A stretch of DNA of 28,110 nt from Bacteriovoracia bacterium (GCA_046570105.1 JBKHVI010000039.1:1-28110), one strand, 5' to 3'. Shown: positions 1 through 9,624, numbered from the stretch's first letter. The notes: generated by a model not told the origin, from the sequence alone. Numbers and translations: made by a program.

Positions 1-291
1 CAGCAGATGCTAAATTTTTTAGAACGTCATGGACAACCTCAGACTTTGAAGTCTGACATGATTATTTGTTACTCCCACCAAGTTCCTTTGGGTGGAATTT
101 GGTTAGTCACAGGTACCATTCGTACTCATTTTGAAAAAAAGAATCCTTCTGATTATATTCGACCTGGACTCTATCTTTTTGATGAGTTCTCAAGAGGCCA
201 GCGGTTGAATTTTTCAGTGAAGATTCTCAAAGGCTCTGTTTTCTGGCCGGTGACACGATCGGTGTTAGATGAATTTCTTCATCATGCCTAA
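1..291 (+). CDS. Hypothetical protein, 3' part (frame is open from position 1)
   Basis: ORF 7..291; in-frame CAG CAG precede the ATG, so the gene probably starts before the window. No recognisable motif. Confidence 0.55.
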   Translation, partial: QQMLNFLERHGQPQTLKSDMIICYSHQVPLGGIWLVTGTIRTHFEKKNPSDYIRPGLYLFDEFSRGQRLNFSVKILKGSVFWPVTRSVLDEFLHHA

Positions 292-304
292 TTTTCTAAT
301 CATC

Positions 305-459
305 CAATTCACCCGTCTCATTCTGGCGCAAGGTTCAATTTAAGATTCAATATTCTGTGCCAGAATGATTCAACTCAAAATAGCTAGAAAGTTAGAGGCG
401 CCTTCAACTATTCCTGAGTGACAAAGTTGAACTCAGGTTCAGGCTTTACGGGTGAATTG
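305..459. repeat. Nested inverted-repeat element between convergent genes (structured RNA or MITE-like)
   Basis: CAATTCACCCGT (305-316) / ACGGGTGAATTG (448-459) is a perfect 12-bp IR. Internal IRs: TCATTCTGGCGCA (318-330) / TGTGCCAGAATGA (356-368) and CCTGAGT (413-419) / ACTCAGG (431-437). Confidence 0.6.
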
Positions 460-468
460 AGTTGGACT

Positions 469-1212
469 TCAAGCCTCAGGCAAATACTTGCGCTTGAGAT
501 AAGGGTGAACGACCAAGGCGACAGCAAGCACTCCGATTTCATATAACACAATCATAGGAAGCCAGACCGCCATCATGCTCATGATGTCAGGAGTAGGAGT
601 CACAATCGCAGCGAATACGGAAAAACCGACATAGAGATAACGTCTCCAGGCCCTTAAACTTGGAGCAGTGACGACTTCCATGAAGCCCAAAATCAGAAGG
701 ATGTTCGGAAGTTGAAAGAGCAGTCCTAAAAAGACCAAGATTTTAGAAGCGAGTAAGAGATACTCTTTCAAATTCATCATCGCTTCAACGTCTTGTACGC
801 CGTAAGAGACGAGCGTTTTGAAAGTGAACGGGAAAAGCACATAGTACCCAAAAGCGACACCCGAAATAAAAAGTACAAAACCCACAAAGACAAACGGCTT
901 TACCGCACGGGCCTCATGCTCATGCAATCCAGGTCGAATGAATAACCAGAGTTCACGAAATAAAAAGGGAGATGCCACAAACACGCTACACCAAAAGGCC
1001 AATTGAAATTCTGCTAGTACCTTATCCAATAGACCGGTGAAAACCACTTTGCCATTCACCCCCATGGCCTGTCTCAATGGCATTAACAAGAATTCGGCCA
1101 CACGAGCACTTTGTGAGTAACAGCCACCAAAAGCGACAGCTATAATAATAACCATGCGAATGAGGCGGGTACGCAACTCTTCTAAGTGCTCTATCAGGGT
1201 CATCTCTTTCAT
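469..1212 (-). CDS. tatC: Twin-arginine translocase subunit TatC
   Basis: MTLIEHLEELRTRL N-terminal signature, WLFIRPGL..E, FQLP and VTPTPD motifs, multiple hydrophobic helices. Start moved to ATG 1212 (MKEMTL). Confidence 0.95.
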   Translation of the reverse strand: MKEMTLIEHLEELRTRLIRMVIIIAVAFGGCYSQSARVAEFLLMPLRQAMGVNGKVVFTGLLDKVLAEFQLAFWCSVFVASPFLFRELWLFIRPGLHEHEARAVKPFVFVGFVLFISGVAFGYYVLFPFTFKTLVSYGVQDVEAMMNLKEYLLLASKILVFLGLLFQLPNILLILGFMEVVTAPSLRAWRRYLYVGFSVFAAIVTPTPDIMSMMAVWLPMIVLYEIGVLAVALVVHPYLKRKYLPEA

Positions 1213-1282
1213 AAAGCAATTCTGACACGGAACGGAAGGAAAATCCGGCCTAAAAAATTCTACCTCCATGCTAGAATGAGGC

Positions 1283-1909
1283 ATGCTCAGTTTCATCTTG
1301 GCCTTAAGTCTCAACCTCTCCCACGCTGTCCCTAAGCCTGTGGCTTCAAGGCTATTAAAATGCCTAGGCTTGCAGGAGAAAGTGTTCCACCAAAAGAAGC
1401 TCTCAGGTGCTCTCTACGAACTTAATCAGAGGATGATTGCCGAGCTGGTGCAGCTCTCAGGGATTGATGGAAATAACCTTCTTATTAATCAAGTTTGTCG
1501 CTCAAAACGGGAAGGTGCCCTCTATCTCTTGGAAGCCATCCTTCTTGATACTAAGGATTGGTATATTATTAGGCCGCAAGCAAGCTCTCTTGGAACAGCG
1601 CTTTCTCAAGAATTAGTCAAAGAACTCAATCTCTCAGGGCCTGAACTTTTATTAAGTTTTTTAGGACAACTCCAGATGGAATCCCCTACTCCGGATTGCT
1701 TAGAAAAGAACATTCCCGGAGTGAGTCAGCTCTATTTAGAAGTGAAGTGGCTACAAGAAGAAATAGATATCCAAAAAATTGCAGGCAAGAAGTCACGTCT
1801 AGCGAAAATTTTTGCTGGGATTCACCGCAGTGGGTACTACTTTGAAGCTTGCGCCAAAGAGAAATCCAAAAAGACTGAAAAAGCGGCCGAAAAGCCTTCT
1901 GACCAGTAG
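1283..1909 (+). CDS. Hypothetical secreted protein
   Basis: 208-aa ORF with a signal-peptide-like N-terminus (MLSFILALSLNLSHA). Its 3' end overlaps the next gene convergently by 73 bp. Confidence 0.7.
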   Translation: MLSFILALSLNLSHAVPKPVASRLLKCLGLQEKVFHQKKLSGALYELNQRMIAELVQLSGIDGNNLLINQVCRSKREGALYLLEAILLDTKDWYIIRPQASSLGTALSQELVKELNLSGPELLLSFLGQLQMESPTPDCLEKNIPGVSQLYLEVKWLQEEIDIQKIAGKKSRLAKIFAGIHRSGYYFEACAKEKSKKTEKAAEKPSDQ

Positions 1910-2568
1910 TCACTCAGTTCGTTCACTAAGTCCCATTCTTGATCAGCTGTTAGCGTGCCTTGCACTTTAATCTTCACCACTCCAGCACGGAAACTCATAA
2001 TACTCATCGCAGGGTAATGAGATTTGCGCGAAAGCCATAAATTGAGTGACTCTTGCAATTTTAAAATCCAAGTTGAATTCGCCTCCCCATTCCAACGCTT
2101 CTCGAGAGGTGCCGCCGCTTCGATGAGAGCTTCCACATCATGAGTGCACTTTCCGCAACCCGAACTCGCTTTAGTATTAGCAACAACATCGGCGCGCGTG
2201 CAATTGGGATTATCACGAATAAAATCTTGCACCACTTGGCGATCGACCTTATGGCACACACAAAGAATCATTCCTGTGAGTTTCACCTGACGATGAGTCT
2301 GGTAAACAGCGTCTCGCAAAAGTGAATCGACCAGCTTGGCTTCTGAAAGCCCCCAATGAGGGTGAGTGGTCAAAAGTTCTTCAGCGGCTTTCTCTTGAGC
2401 AACAGTGAGCTCACGGCCCGGCAACCAAGCACAGAGCCAGTTGAGGACTTCTTCAGCACCTTGATCCCCTACCGACATTCCTTGGGCACTCAAGACGCGA
2501 CGATGATCGTCGAATTGGAGATTAAGAGTGGTCTGACCAGCGGGAGTTTGAAGATGGACTGTTGTCAT
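1837..2568 (-). CDS. BFD-like [2Fe-2S] domain protein with degenerate NifU-like flanking domains
   Basis: ILCVCH...ASSGCGKC BFD motif. C-terminal GVVKIKVQGT resembles the Nfu domain but lacks CxxC. ATGA overlap with map. Confidence 0.75.
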   Translation of the reverse strand: MTTVHLQTPAGQTTLNLQFDDHRRVLSAQGMSVGDQGAEEVLNWLCAWLPGRELTVAQEKAAEELLTTHPHWGLSEAKLVDSLLRDAVYQTHRQVKLTGMILCVCHKVDRQVVQDFIRDNPNCTRADVVANTKASSGCGKCTHDVEALIEAAAPLEKRWNGEANSTWILKLQESLNLWLSRKSHYPAMSIMSFRAGVVKIKVQGTLTADQEWDLVNELSDYWSEGFSAAFSVFLDFSLAQASK

Positions 2569-3350
2569 ATCTGATTATCGGCAGCAGTCCACGCACTATC
2601 TGGAACAACTGTTAAGATCTCGTGACCTTCTTCGGTAATGAGAATGGTGTGCTCAAATTGTGCCGACCAAGATTTATCTTTAGTAACGACCGTCCAACCA
2701 TCATCCAAAAGTTTGCAATGTCGTTTGCCGAAATTAATCATGGGCTCAACAGTGAAAGTCATACCAGGCTTCATTTCTGCACCGGTACCACGTTTTCCGT
2801 AATGCAAGATTTGTGGCTCTTCATGAAACTCACGGCCGATGCCATGGCCGCAGTATTCTTGAACAACTGAATAACCATGATCGTGGGCCATCTCTTCGAT
2901 GATGGCACCGATATCACCCACGCGTGCTCCCGGACGACAAACAGCGATGCCGGCCATCATGCACTTGTACGTCACATCGACCATACGCTTAATTTCTGGG
3001 CGGACATTACCAATCAGATACGTGCGATTGGTGTCGCCGTGGAAACCTTTCAGTTTGGTGGTGACATCGATATTGAGAATATCACCATCGCGAATAATAT
3101 CTTTCGGATGAGGAATGCCGTGGCAGATGATTTCGTTTTTTGAAGTGCACACACTTTTAGGAAAGCCGTGATAATTAAGTGGAGCGGGAATAGCCTCACG
3201 CTTAATAATGTAGTCATGGCAGAGCTGATTGACTTGTTCCGTACTCATGCCAGGACGGAGTTTGTCCTCAATGAAGCGCAGAGTCTTAGCTGCCAAAAGA
3301 CTTGTTTCACGCATGAGCTCAATTTCACGTGCTGATTTTATACTGATCAT
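2565..3350 (-). CDS. map: Type I methionine aminopeptidase
   Basis: GFPKSVCTS.NE.ICHGIP, DGDILNIDVT, GFHGDTNRT, YCGHGIG..FHEEP, TFTVEPMIN, SAQFEHTI. Confidence 0.98.
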   Translation of the reverse strand: MISIKSAREIELMRETSLLAAKTLRFIEDKLRPGMSTEQVNQLCHDYIIKREAIPAPLNYHGFPKSVCTSKNEIICHGIPHPKDIIRDGDILNIDVTTKLKGFHGDTNRTYLIGNVRPEIKRMVDVTYKCMMAGIAVCRPGARVGDIGAIIEEMAHDHGYSVVQEYCGHGIGREFHEEPQILHYGKRGTGAEMKPGMTFTVEPMINFGKRHCKLLDDGWTVVTKDKSWSAQFEHTILITEEGHEILTVVPDSAWTAADNQI

Positions 3351-3412
3351 GCTCCGTTTATACCGGATTTCACTTTGATTTGATACCCTTAGAAGAGGTA
3401 CGCTGGAAGCTC

Positions 3413-4333
3413 ATGGGCCAACTTCTTGTTAAACGGACCGATTCATCTAGTTATTTCCCTCCAGGTTTCGAGGACATGGAGCGTATCGCCGTGGAGCAAC
3501 TTCCTGGCATTCGCTATCTGGGCACCACTGAATCTGTGCCTGAGACCGGCGATATTTGTCTACTCACCAACACTCATACTCGCTTGGGGCAATTTTCATC
3601 TTTGAGAGATCGTGTCACATCGATACTTCACCCCAACTCTGGTTACGATAATTTGTTGCAAGATCTCTGGCCTGAGAAACCCATCATTTTAGGAAATCCT
3701 ATTCGCGCCAAGGCCGTTGCAGAGTGGACATTAGCTGCCCTTTTCCAACATCAAACCTATCTACGCCATCACGCCACCTGGCCCGTTGATCGCACTTGGC
3801 CGCGTGAAATGATCAATGAACGTAAAACTCTCTTGATCGGCCGAGGGCACGTGGGAAAGTTACTACACACACAACTGATTTCTTTGGGTGTCCCCGTCAC
3901 AGTTCATGACCCGTGGTTGAATATCACCACTCACCTCAACCAAAAGTGGTCGACTGTTATTTTGGCGACATCACTCAATCAAGAATCACGCGGCTTGATC
4001 AATGCCGCGTTTTTATCTCATCAGACGAACGATTTTTTATTAATCAATCCGGCCCGTGGTGAACTCGTTGTAGAAAATGATTTAAGAGATTTCCTTAAAT
4101 CCCACCCTGGCGCACGTGCTTATCTGGATGTGCATGCCAGTGAGCCGTACACCGCAAACTATTGGCCGGCCACTCAAGTTGTGGCCACTCCTCATATCGC
4201 GGGCGTTTCAAAAAATCTTATCGCTACGATGTTAGAGTTTGAAGTGTTTGCACTTAAAGCGCTTACTCAAGGCATTGCTCATGATCTGCAACTTTTAAAT
4301 GATCGCCTCACTCCTCAAGGCTTTTACCGATGA
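3413..4333 (+). CDS. D-isomer-specific 2-hydroxyacid dehydrogenase family protein
   Basis: AVAEW, GRGHVG Rossmann motif, LINPARGELV, LDV...EP, TPHIAG. ATG 3413 preferred over TTG 3380. Confidence 0.85.
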   Translation: MGQLLVKRTDSSSYFPPGFEDMERIAVEQLPGIRYLGTTESVPETGDICLLTNTHTRLGQFSSLRDRVTSILHPNSGYDNLLQDLWPEKPIILGNPIRAKAVAEWTLAALFQHQTYLRHHATWPVDRTWPREMINERKTLLIGRGHVGKLLHTQLISLGVPVTVHDPWLNITTHLNQKWSTVILATSLNQESRGLINAAFLSHQTNDFLLINPARGELVVENDLRDFLKSHPGARAYLDVHASEPYTANYWPATQVVATPHIAGVSKNLIATMLEFEVFALKALTQGIAHDLQLLNDRLTPQGFYR

Positions 4334-5406
4334 GTTTTTTAACCCTTGCCCCCCACTTACTTTGTCCTCCCGGTGAAGGTGTCTTCACCGTTAATACTGG
4401 TAAAGATAAACGCGAAAAGTTGCAACGAGCTCTCTATCAAGAAGTCAATCCGCGCGAAGCGTGGCTCGCCAGTCTGAAAAAAATTGATTCTTTGGGTGTT
4501 GCTCTTCTTGGTGTCGCCAGTGACAACGGCGGTGGTATCCAACGTGGTGCCAACTGGGGGCCACTCTTTATTCGTGAAGCGATGTTAAATGATGGCACTC
4601 TCCTTGCCGATCTCGGAGATGTCCGAGTTATTCCCCATCTTTTGCATGATAAATATTTAAATACCGAAACCATCAATGCTTGCCGTCAAGGTCTCTATGG
4701 TGACACTGCCAACCAATGGCCTGTCTCGCCACTCTCCATCACTGAAGAAATCTTAGATCAACTTTATCATGACCATAAGAGCGTCAAAGTGCTCGCTCTA
4801 GGTGGCGATCACTCCGTCTCGTATCCCTTAGTCAGATCATGGGCGAAAGCACGTAGAAATAAAAAAATGGCCCTACTGCATTTCGATGCTCATACCGATC
4901 TCTTAGATAAGCGCCTAGGCATTGATTTGTGTTTCGGCTCATGGACGTATCATGTTCGCGAGTTTTTCCCTTCAAAAGATCACTTGATCCAAGTGGGCAT
5001 TCGCTCGACAGGTAAAGATCGCGGCCACTGGGAATCTTTAGGACTCACTCAACTTTGGGCCAAAGAAATTCTCACACAAAGTGCCCATCAAGTAGCCGAA
5101 CAAATCATTGCTCAATATCAGCGTGCCGGTATCGAAGAAGTCTACATCTCATTTGATATTGATGTGCTCGATCAAAAGTGGGCGTCTGCGACGGGCACTC
5201 CTGAAACAGGTGGGCTTGATCCTGTTTTCTGTGGTGATGTCATTCGCCTCGTGGCAGATAAATTTAAAGTCACTGGTGCCGATCTGGTGGAAGTGGCACC
5301 GATGGTGAATCACAACTTCTTTCCCAATAACTCTCAAGAAACCAGTCTCATGACCGCTGCAAGTGTCGCTCGCTTTTTGGCCCGGGCCATGGGTGCCGAT
5401 GCGTAA
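4330..5406 (+). CDS. Arginase/agmatinase family ureohydrolase
   Basis: GGDHS, HFDAHTD, SFDIDVLD, TGTPETGG and DLVEVAP metal-binding motifs. ATGA overlap with the upstream gene. Confidence 0.92.
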   Translation: MSFLTLAPHLLCPPGEGVFTVNTGKDKREKLQRALYQEVNPREAWLASLKKIDSLGVALLGVASDNGGGIQRGANWGPLFIREAMLNDGTLLADLGDVRVIPHLLHDKYLNTETINACRQGLYGDTANQWPVSPLSITEEILDQLYHDHKSVKVLALGGDHSVSYPLVRSWAKARRNKKMALLHFDAHTDLLDKRLGIDLCFGSWTYHVREFFPSKDHLIQVGIRSTGKDRGHWESLGLTQLWAKEILTQSAHQVAEQIIAQYQRAGIEEVYISFDIDVLDQKWASATGTPETGGLDPVFCGDVIRLVADKFKVTGADLVEVAPMVNHNFFPNNSQETSLMTAASVARFLARAMGADA

Positions 5407-6034
5407 GATTGTTTTTCCACCTGTTGAAAACGCCACAGAAGATGGTCTCGTTGCCGTAGGTGGCGATATGCGGCCCGACACCATTCTTGAAGCTTATCGC
5501 CAAGGAATTTTTCCTTGGCCACTTTCACCTGAATTTCCTCTCGCCTGGTTCTCACCGGATCCACGCGGTTTTCTGGATTTCAAGACACTTCATATTCCCA
5601 AAAGCCTTGAGAAATTTCGCAAGAAATCTCCTTTTAGAATCGCCCTCAACACCTCTTTTCCAGAAATCATTCGGCTATGTGCTGCCGTTCCGAGGAAAGA
5701 TCAGCCCAATACCTGGATCACCCCTGACATCATCCAAGGATACACAGCGCTCTTTGAAATGGGACACGCTTGGTGCGCAGGCGCATGGCTTGGGCAACGT
5801 CTGGTAGGCGGTGTCTATGGTGTGGCGATTGGTAAGTTTCGCTCAGGAGAAAGTATGTTCACGCTGGAAGATAACGCCGGAAAGCTCGCGCTTTTAACGG
5901 CGATTGAACATTTTCAAACGTTAGGGATTGAGTGGCTTGATACCCAGATGGTGACACCTGTGGTGGAGAGCTTGGGCGGGACTTACGTCCCGCGCGCAGA
6001 TTTTATGCGTAAGCTAAACCAAGTTCTTCGTTGA
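5399..6034 (+). CDS. aat: Leucyl/phenylalanyl-tRNA-protein transferase
   Basis: DGLVAVGGD, AYRQGIFPW, WFSPDPR, TWIT, LVGGVYGV, GESMF, LDTQ. ATG at 5399 overlaps the upstream stop. Confidence 0.95.
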   Translation: MRKIVFPPVENATEDGLVAVGGDMRPDTILEAYRQGIFPWPLSPEFPLAWFSPDPRGFLDFKTLHIPKSLEKFRKKSPFRIALNTSFPEIIRLCAAVPRKDQPNTWITPDIIQGYTALFEMGHAWCAGAWLGQRLVGGVYGVAIGKFRSGESMFTLEDNAGKLALLTAIEHFQTLGIEWLDTQMVTPVVESLGGTYVPRADFMRKLNQVLR

Positions 6035-7106
6035 TACGAACTGTACGCTGAAGCTCCTCAATAAGCGCCTTCAGACGATTATCCATTTTCACCCGTTGAC
6101 CATTGAGTCTGACTTTTTGTCCTTTGACGTAAGCTGCTAGCTGCTCACGCAACTCTTGCGCTGATGTTTGATATTCAAGTGCAAGTTCATCGAGTTTGTT
6201 TTTGAAACGATAATCTTTCTCCATCAAGTACTTCACCTTGCGACTCATCTCTTCTTTCAAAGTGACGGTGGTGTATGAGTGGCGTACACGGGCCAATTTA
6301 AACTTGGCGAGTGTCCAAATATAGGCCCAACCAATATCAAACTCATACCACTTGTGGCGGAATGAACATGAACGTTGATGAGCATGGTGATTATTGTGAT
6401 CGAGTTCACCGCAGATAATGAAGTTGAGTGGAAAAATAAATCCGATATTACGGCTGTTATCTCCCGAAGCGTGATTGCGGTAGCCCCAAGTATGGGCAAG
6501 AGCATTGACTCCACCGACAGCAAACAAAGGCGAAATAAGAATATTAGTGAATAGAAGCACAAGACCAATCTGACTGCCTAACAACACCATCAAAACCATC
6601 GTGAACATATAGGGTCCGAAAAATGGATTGCGGCTAATGAATGCTTCAAGAGTATTGAGTTTAATTGTTTTACGGATTTTTAAAACCTCAGGGTCAGACT
6701 TTGCTTTAGTGTAATCGAATACTCCTAACAAGAAGACGCGCCAAAATCCTTTCTTCACCGGTGAATGAGGATCTTTATCGGTATCACTCCAAGCATGATG
6801 GTAGATATGTACTGAGACCCAATCTGGTTTTGACATGCTGGTGATACACCACAGCCACACTTGCATAATCATATCGAGATAAGGATTAAACTCGACACCC
6901 TTGTGCGTATGAGCGCGATGGAACGACAAGCTCATACAAGTAATGGTCAAATGGGCGATAAGGATTGTGTAACCGGCCCACCAGAGCCAAGTGTATGAAT
7001 TAAACATTGAACCGATTAACCCACCTTCGCCAAGGTAGCGTGTGATGACAAAATCGCCGGTGAAATAAGAGATGACAAAAAAACCAATTAGCAGAAGGGC
7101 TTGCAT
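6003..7106 (-). CDS. Membrane fatty acid (acyl-CoA/delta-9-like) desaturase with charged helical C-terminal extension
   Basis: His boxes HRAHTH, HIYHH and HNNHH; DPHSP; WYEFDIGW. AAGGA RBS precedes ATG 7106. Confidence 0.9.
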   Translation of the reverse strand: MQALLLIGFFVISYFTGDFVITRYLGEGGLIGSMFNSYTWLWWAGYTILIAHLTITCMSLSFHRAHTHKGVEFNPYLDMIMQVWLWCITSMSKPDWVSVHIYHHAWSDTDKDPHSPVKKGFWRVFLLGVFDYTKAKSDPEVLKIRKTIKLNTLEAFISRNPFFGPYMFTMVLMVLLGSQIGLVLLFTNILISPLFAVGGVNALAHTWGYRNHASGDNSRNIGFIFPLNFIICGELDHNNHHAHQRSCSFRHKWYEFDIGWAYIWTLAKFKLARVRHSYTTVTLKEEMSRKVKYLMEKDYRFKNKLDELALEYQTSAQELREQLAAYVKGQKVRLNGQRVKMDNRLKALIEELQRTVRINEELGLAYA

Positions 7107-7189
7107 ACGTATTCCTTGACTCATGGCCCCCGTCAACAGAGGCACTAGCTCATTCTCCCATGGCCATTTACATAGACACAAGGGCCTAA

Positions 7190-7591
7190 CTAAATCTTGG
7201 CGAAATCCGTGATTTTGTGTTGGTCAGGAATCTGAATAGAGGCACTTTCGGCCGAAGGTGCCAGAGATTGTGGCGCTCTGAGGTAACACAGGCCGCATGA
7301 GATACAACGAGAAACATTGATATTCCAGGCCTTCTTTCTGTCTTGAAAAACCGCTCCAGTAGGACAAATGGCCTCTGCTTCTAGCATTTCAGACTCAATG
7401 ATTTTTGGTTGAAGAATGGGTGGCCGACGAAACTGGCGCCGGGCAATTGAAGCAGTACTTTTCAATCGCAAGCGATCGACACCAACAGCACGAGCGAAAC
7501 CACCCGACAGGCGTGCCCAGGCCAAAATCATTCTGAGCTGGGCCCACTTCCACCAAGGTAATTCTGTGTAATGTTCGCGTTGCAAAATCAT
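7190..7591 (-). CDS. NuoI-like ferredoxin retaining ligands for only one [4Fe-4S] cluster
   Basis: EAICPTGA and RCISCGLC are present. The first CxxCxxC and the final CP are missing (YLRAP). Lies directly downstream of the NuoCD-like gene. Confidence 0.7.
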   Translation of the reverse strand: MILQREHYTELPWWKWAQLRMILAWARLSGGFARAVGVDRLRLKSTASIARRQFRRPPILQPKIIESEMLEAEAICPTGAVFQDRKKAWNINVSRCISCGLCYLRAPQSLAPSAESASIQIPDQHKITDFAKI

Positions 7592-7594
7592 AAA

Positions 7595-9199
7595 CTACCG
7601 ATCCAAGCTGCTCGCTTCCAAATGAAGCGAACTAAGTGAGAGAGCTAAATCTGATACTGGGCAATTTTTCAAAAAGTCAGGTAAGGCCTGCGCTAACAGT
7701 GTGGAATTGGTTTTAATTTTAAGTGACCAAATTTTCAAATCATGAGGGTGAAGCACAACATGAAAACCCAGCTCGCCACTTGGTCCTTCAATGGCAGTGT
7801 ACTGTGCACTCCATGCTCGATCAGCTTTTTGGTACCACTCATTCCACTGAGGCAAATGGGCAACACCGGCATTCAATTCTGTGAGGCCTGGCAAATCAAT
7901 CATGACACTTCCAAGAGGAAGATTATCCAACACCTGCCACAAAATTCTCAGCGACTGATGACATTCTTCAATTAAAATCAACGTTCGATCATGAGCATGT
8001 CCATGCATACCAACAGGAACATCGAAATCAATATCTTGATAAAAATAAAAAGGACGCGATTTGCGTAGATCAAAGTTAACGCCTGTGGCACGAAGAGCAG
8101 GCCCGGTGAGTCCTGCTTCAAGAGCGACTTGCGCAGTGATACCCGCCATTTTTAAACGACGACGCGCCAAAGGATGATGCGTGACCATACGGCGATAAAA
8201 GACCAGCGCTCCATCAATACCTTTCAAAAGCGACATGGCCTCTTGCACCCAGCCCGCCGGTAGATCCATCGCTAGTCCACCAAAATGCGACAAGTGAGTC
8301 GCCACTCGTGAGCCAGCATAGAATTCAAACAAAGTACGTAGTCTTTCTCTAATCTCGCGACACAACAGCACGGCTTCATCTACACCTAAGTCTTCTGCAA
8401 CATTCGCCATGATCGACATATGATGGGAAATGCGACTGAGTTCCATAAAAATCATGCGAACGGCCTGCGCACGTTCTGGAATACGCCATAGAAAATAATC
8501 TTCTAGTGTCTTAGCCCATGCGACATTTACCAAAGGGGCCGCGGTAGGCATTAGACCATCAAGCAAAGGTTGAAATTTAAGAGGAGTGCAGCTCTGTGCT
8601 TTCTCTTCCCAACCACGCTTCCAGTAGCCACTTTGTAACCACGTATTCTGAATTTTTCCCTCATGCGCTTCAATCGCCAGAGCGAATTGATGACGAGTCA
8701 GTGGATGGTTCACATCGAAGAGATACCATTGATTGAGTTCTTCCGGATAAGGCGCTTCACTCAAATTTGGATTTGTTTTGAAATGCGGAAGTCCCAGCGG
8801 TTGAGTATCTTGAGGCATCGCTCCCAACTGTTGAAGTGCCTCAATTTCTAAGCGAGCAGCACCGCTAAACCATTCCAAGACAGAAGGAACACTTTCTCCC
8901 TCACCTAACAACAAATGCACTTGGAGGCGCTGATGAGCTTCTAAGTGAAACAAGTGATATGTCACATCCCAACGTAGTTGCCCGTGATGCTTTTCGTAAT
9001 GAGGATGACCCACAGTCGATATGACGGCAATGTCATTCATTAAACTAAAGCCCATATCGTGACGTAAGATACCCATGGTGCGAGCGAAATCACGACAGGT
9101 GATATGAACATGATGGTGATCATGATCATAGTGATAAGCACTCCCAAATGAGCCCTTATAAAAATCTTTTCTTTCACGAAAAATCGCCCAATCAAACAC
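7595..9199 (-). CDS. Divergent NuoC/NuoD-like fusion (complex I 30 kDa + 49 kDa subunits)
   Basis: NuoC-like YHL...RLQV...VPSV..WFSGA...E. NuoD-like PERAQAVR..FMELSRI..H, GGLAMDLP, GPALRATGV.FDLRK..P...Y...DFDVP, IEGPSGELG and C-terminal DR. Confidence 0.85.
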   Translation of the reverse strand: MFDWAIFRERKDFYKGSFGSAYHYDHDHHHVHITCRDFARTMGILRHDMGFSLMNDIAVISTVGHPHYEKHHGQLRWDVTYHLFHLEAHQRLQVHLLLGEGESVPSVLEWFSGAARLEIEALQQLGAMPQDTQPLGLPHFKTNPNLSEAPYPEELNQWYLFDVNHPLTRHQFALAIEAHEGKIQNTWLQSGYWKRGWEEKAQSCTPLKFQPLLDGLMPTAAPLVNVAWAKTLEDYFLWRIPERAQAVRMIFMELSRISHHMSIMANVAEDLGVDEAVLLCREIRERLRTLFEFYAGSRVATHLSHFGGLAMDLPAGWVQEAMSLLKGIDGALVFYRRMVTHHPLARRRLKMAGITAQVALEAGLTGPALRATGVNFDLRKSRPFYFYQDIDFDVPVGMHGHAHDRTLILIEECHQSLRILWQVLDNLPLGSVMIDLPGLTELNAGVAHLPQWNEWYQKADRAWSAQYTAIEGPSGELGFHVVLHPHDLKIWSLKIKTNSTLLAQALPDFLKNCPVSDLALSLSSLHLEASSLDR

Positions 9200-9623
9200 G
9201 TGGCATCTCCATAACTGTTTTGACCGCAGCGATTATCTCTTGAGGAGCAGGAGGATGACCCGGCAAAATACCTTGCACTTTGAAACTTGAGAGCTCTCCA
9301 CGAGGTCCAATAATATGGCCCTCGCGATTGATTTCAATTTCGGCACCAATGGCAATAAAGCGAGCATCAAAGCGTGCCTTTTGAACCCATGCTTCCAACA
9401 TCGGCCAACTCAAAAGAGTAATTGGGCCATGAATCGCCATCACATGAGCTTCAGAAGGATCTATAACGCACTTTATTTGTGGAATTGTTTTCGAATAGGC
9501 AGATGTTGATAAGCTATCCCACTCTGTAAGACCCAGACCTTGGCCAAAAACCGCCACACGAACAATTCGCTGAGTCGCCCAGTTATCTAAAATTCGCAAG
9601 AATGGAACGACAAGTGCTTTCAT
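9192..9623 (-). CDS. Divergent NuoB-like protein lacking the N2 cluster cysteines
   Basis: PSEAHVMAIHGPIT, FIAIGA and LPGHPP..QEII.AV align by eye to NuoB (PRQAD...GT, VISMGSC, VPGCPP). ATG 9623 sits right after the upstream stop. Confidence 0.7.
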   Translation of the reverse strand: MKALVVPFLRILDNWATQRIVRVAVFGQGLGLTEWDSLSTSAYSKTIPQIKCVIDPSEAHVMAIHGPITLLSWPMLEAWVQKARFDARFIAIGAEIEINREGHIIGPRGELSSFKVQGILPGHPPAPQEIIAAVKTVMEMPRV

Positions 9624-9624
9624 A

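Noticed and set aside
7595..9199. [NiFe]-hydrogenase large subunit
   Set aside because: Both CxxC Ni-binding motifs are absent, and the C-terminal DR is NuoD-like.
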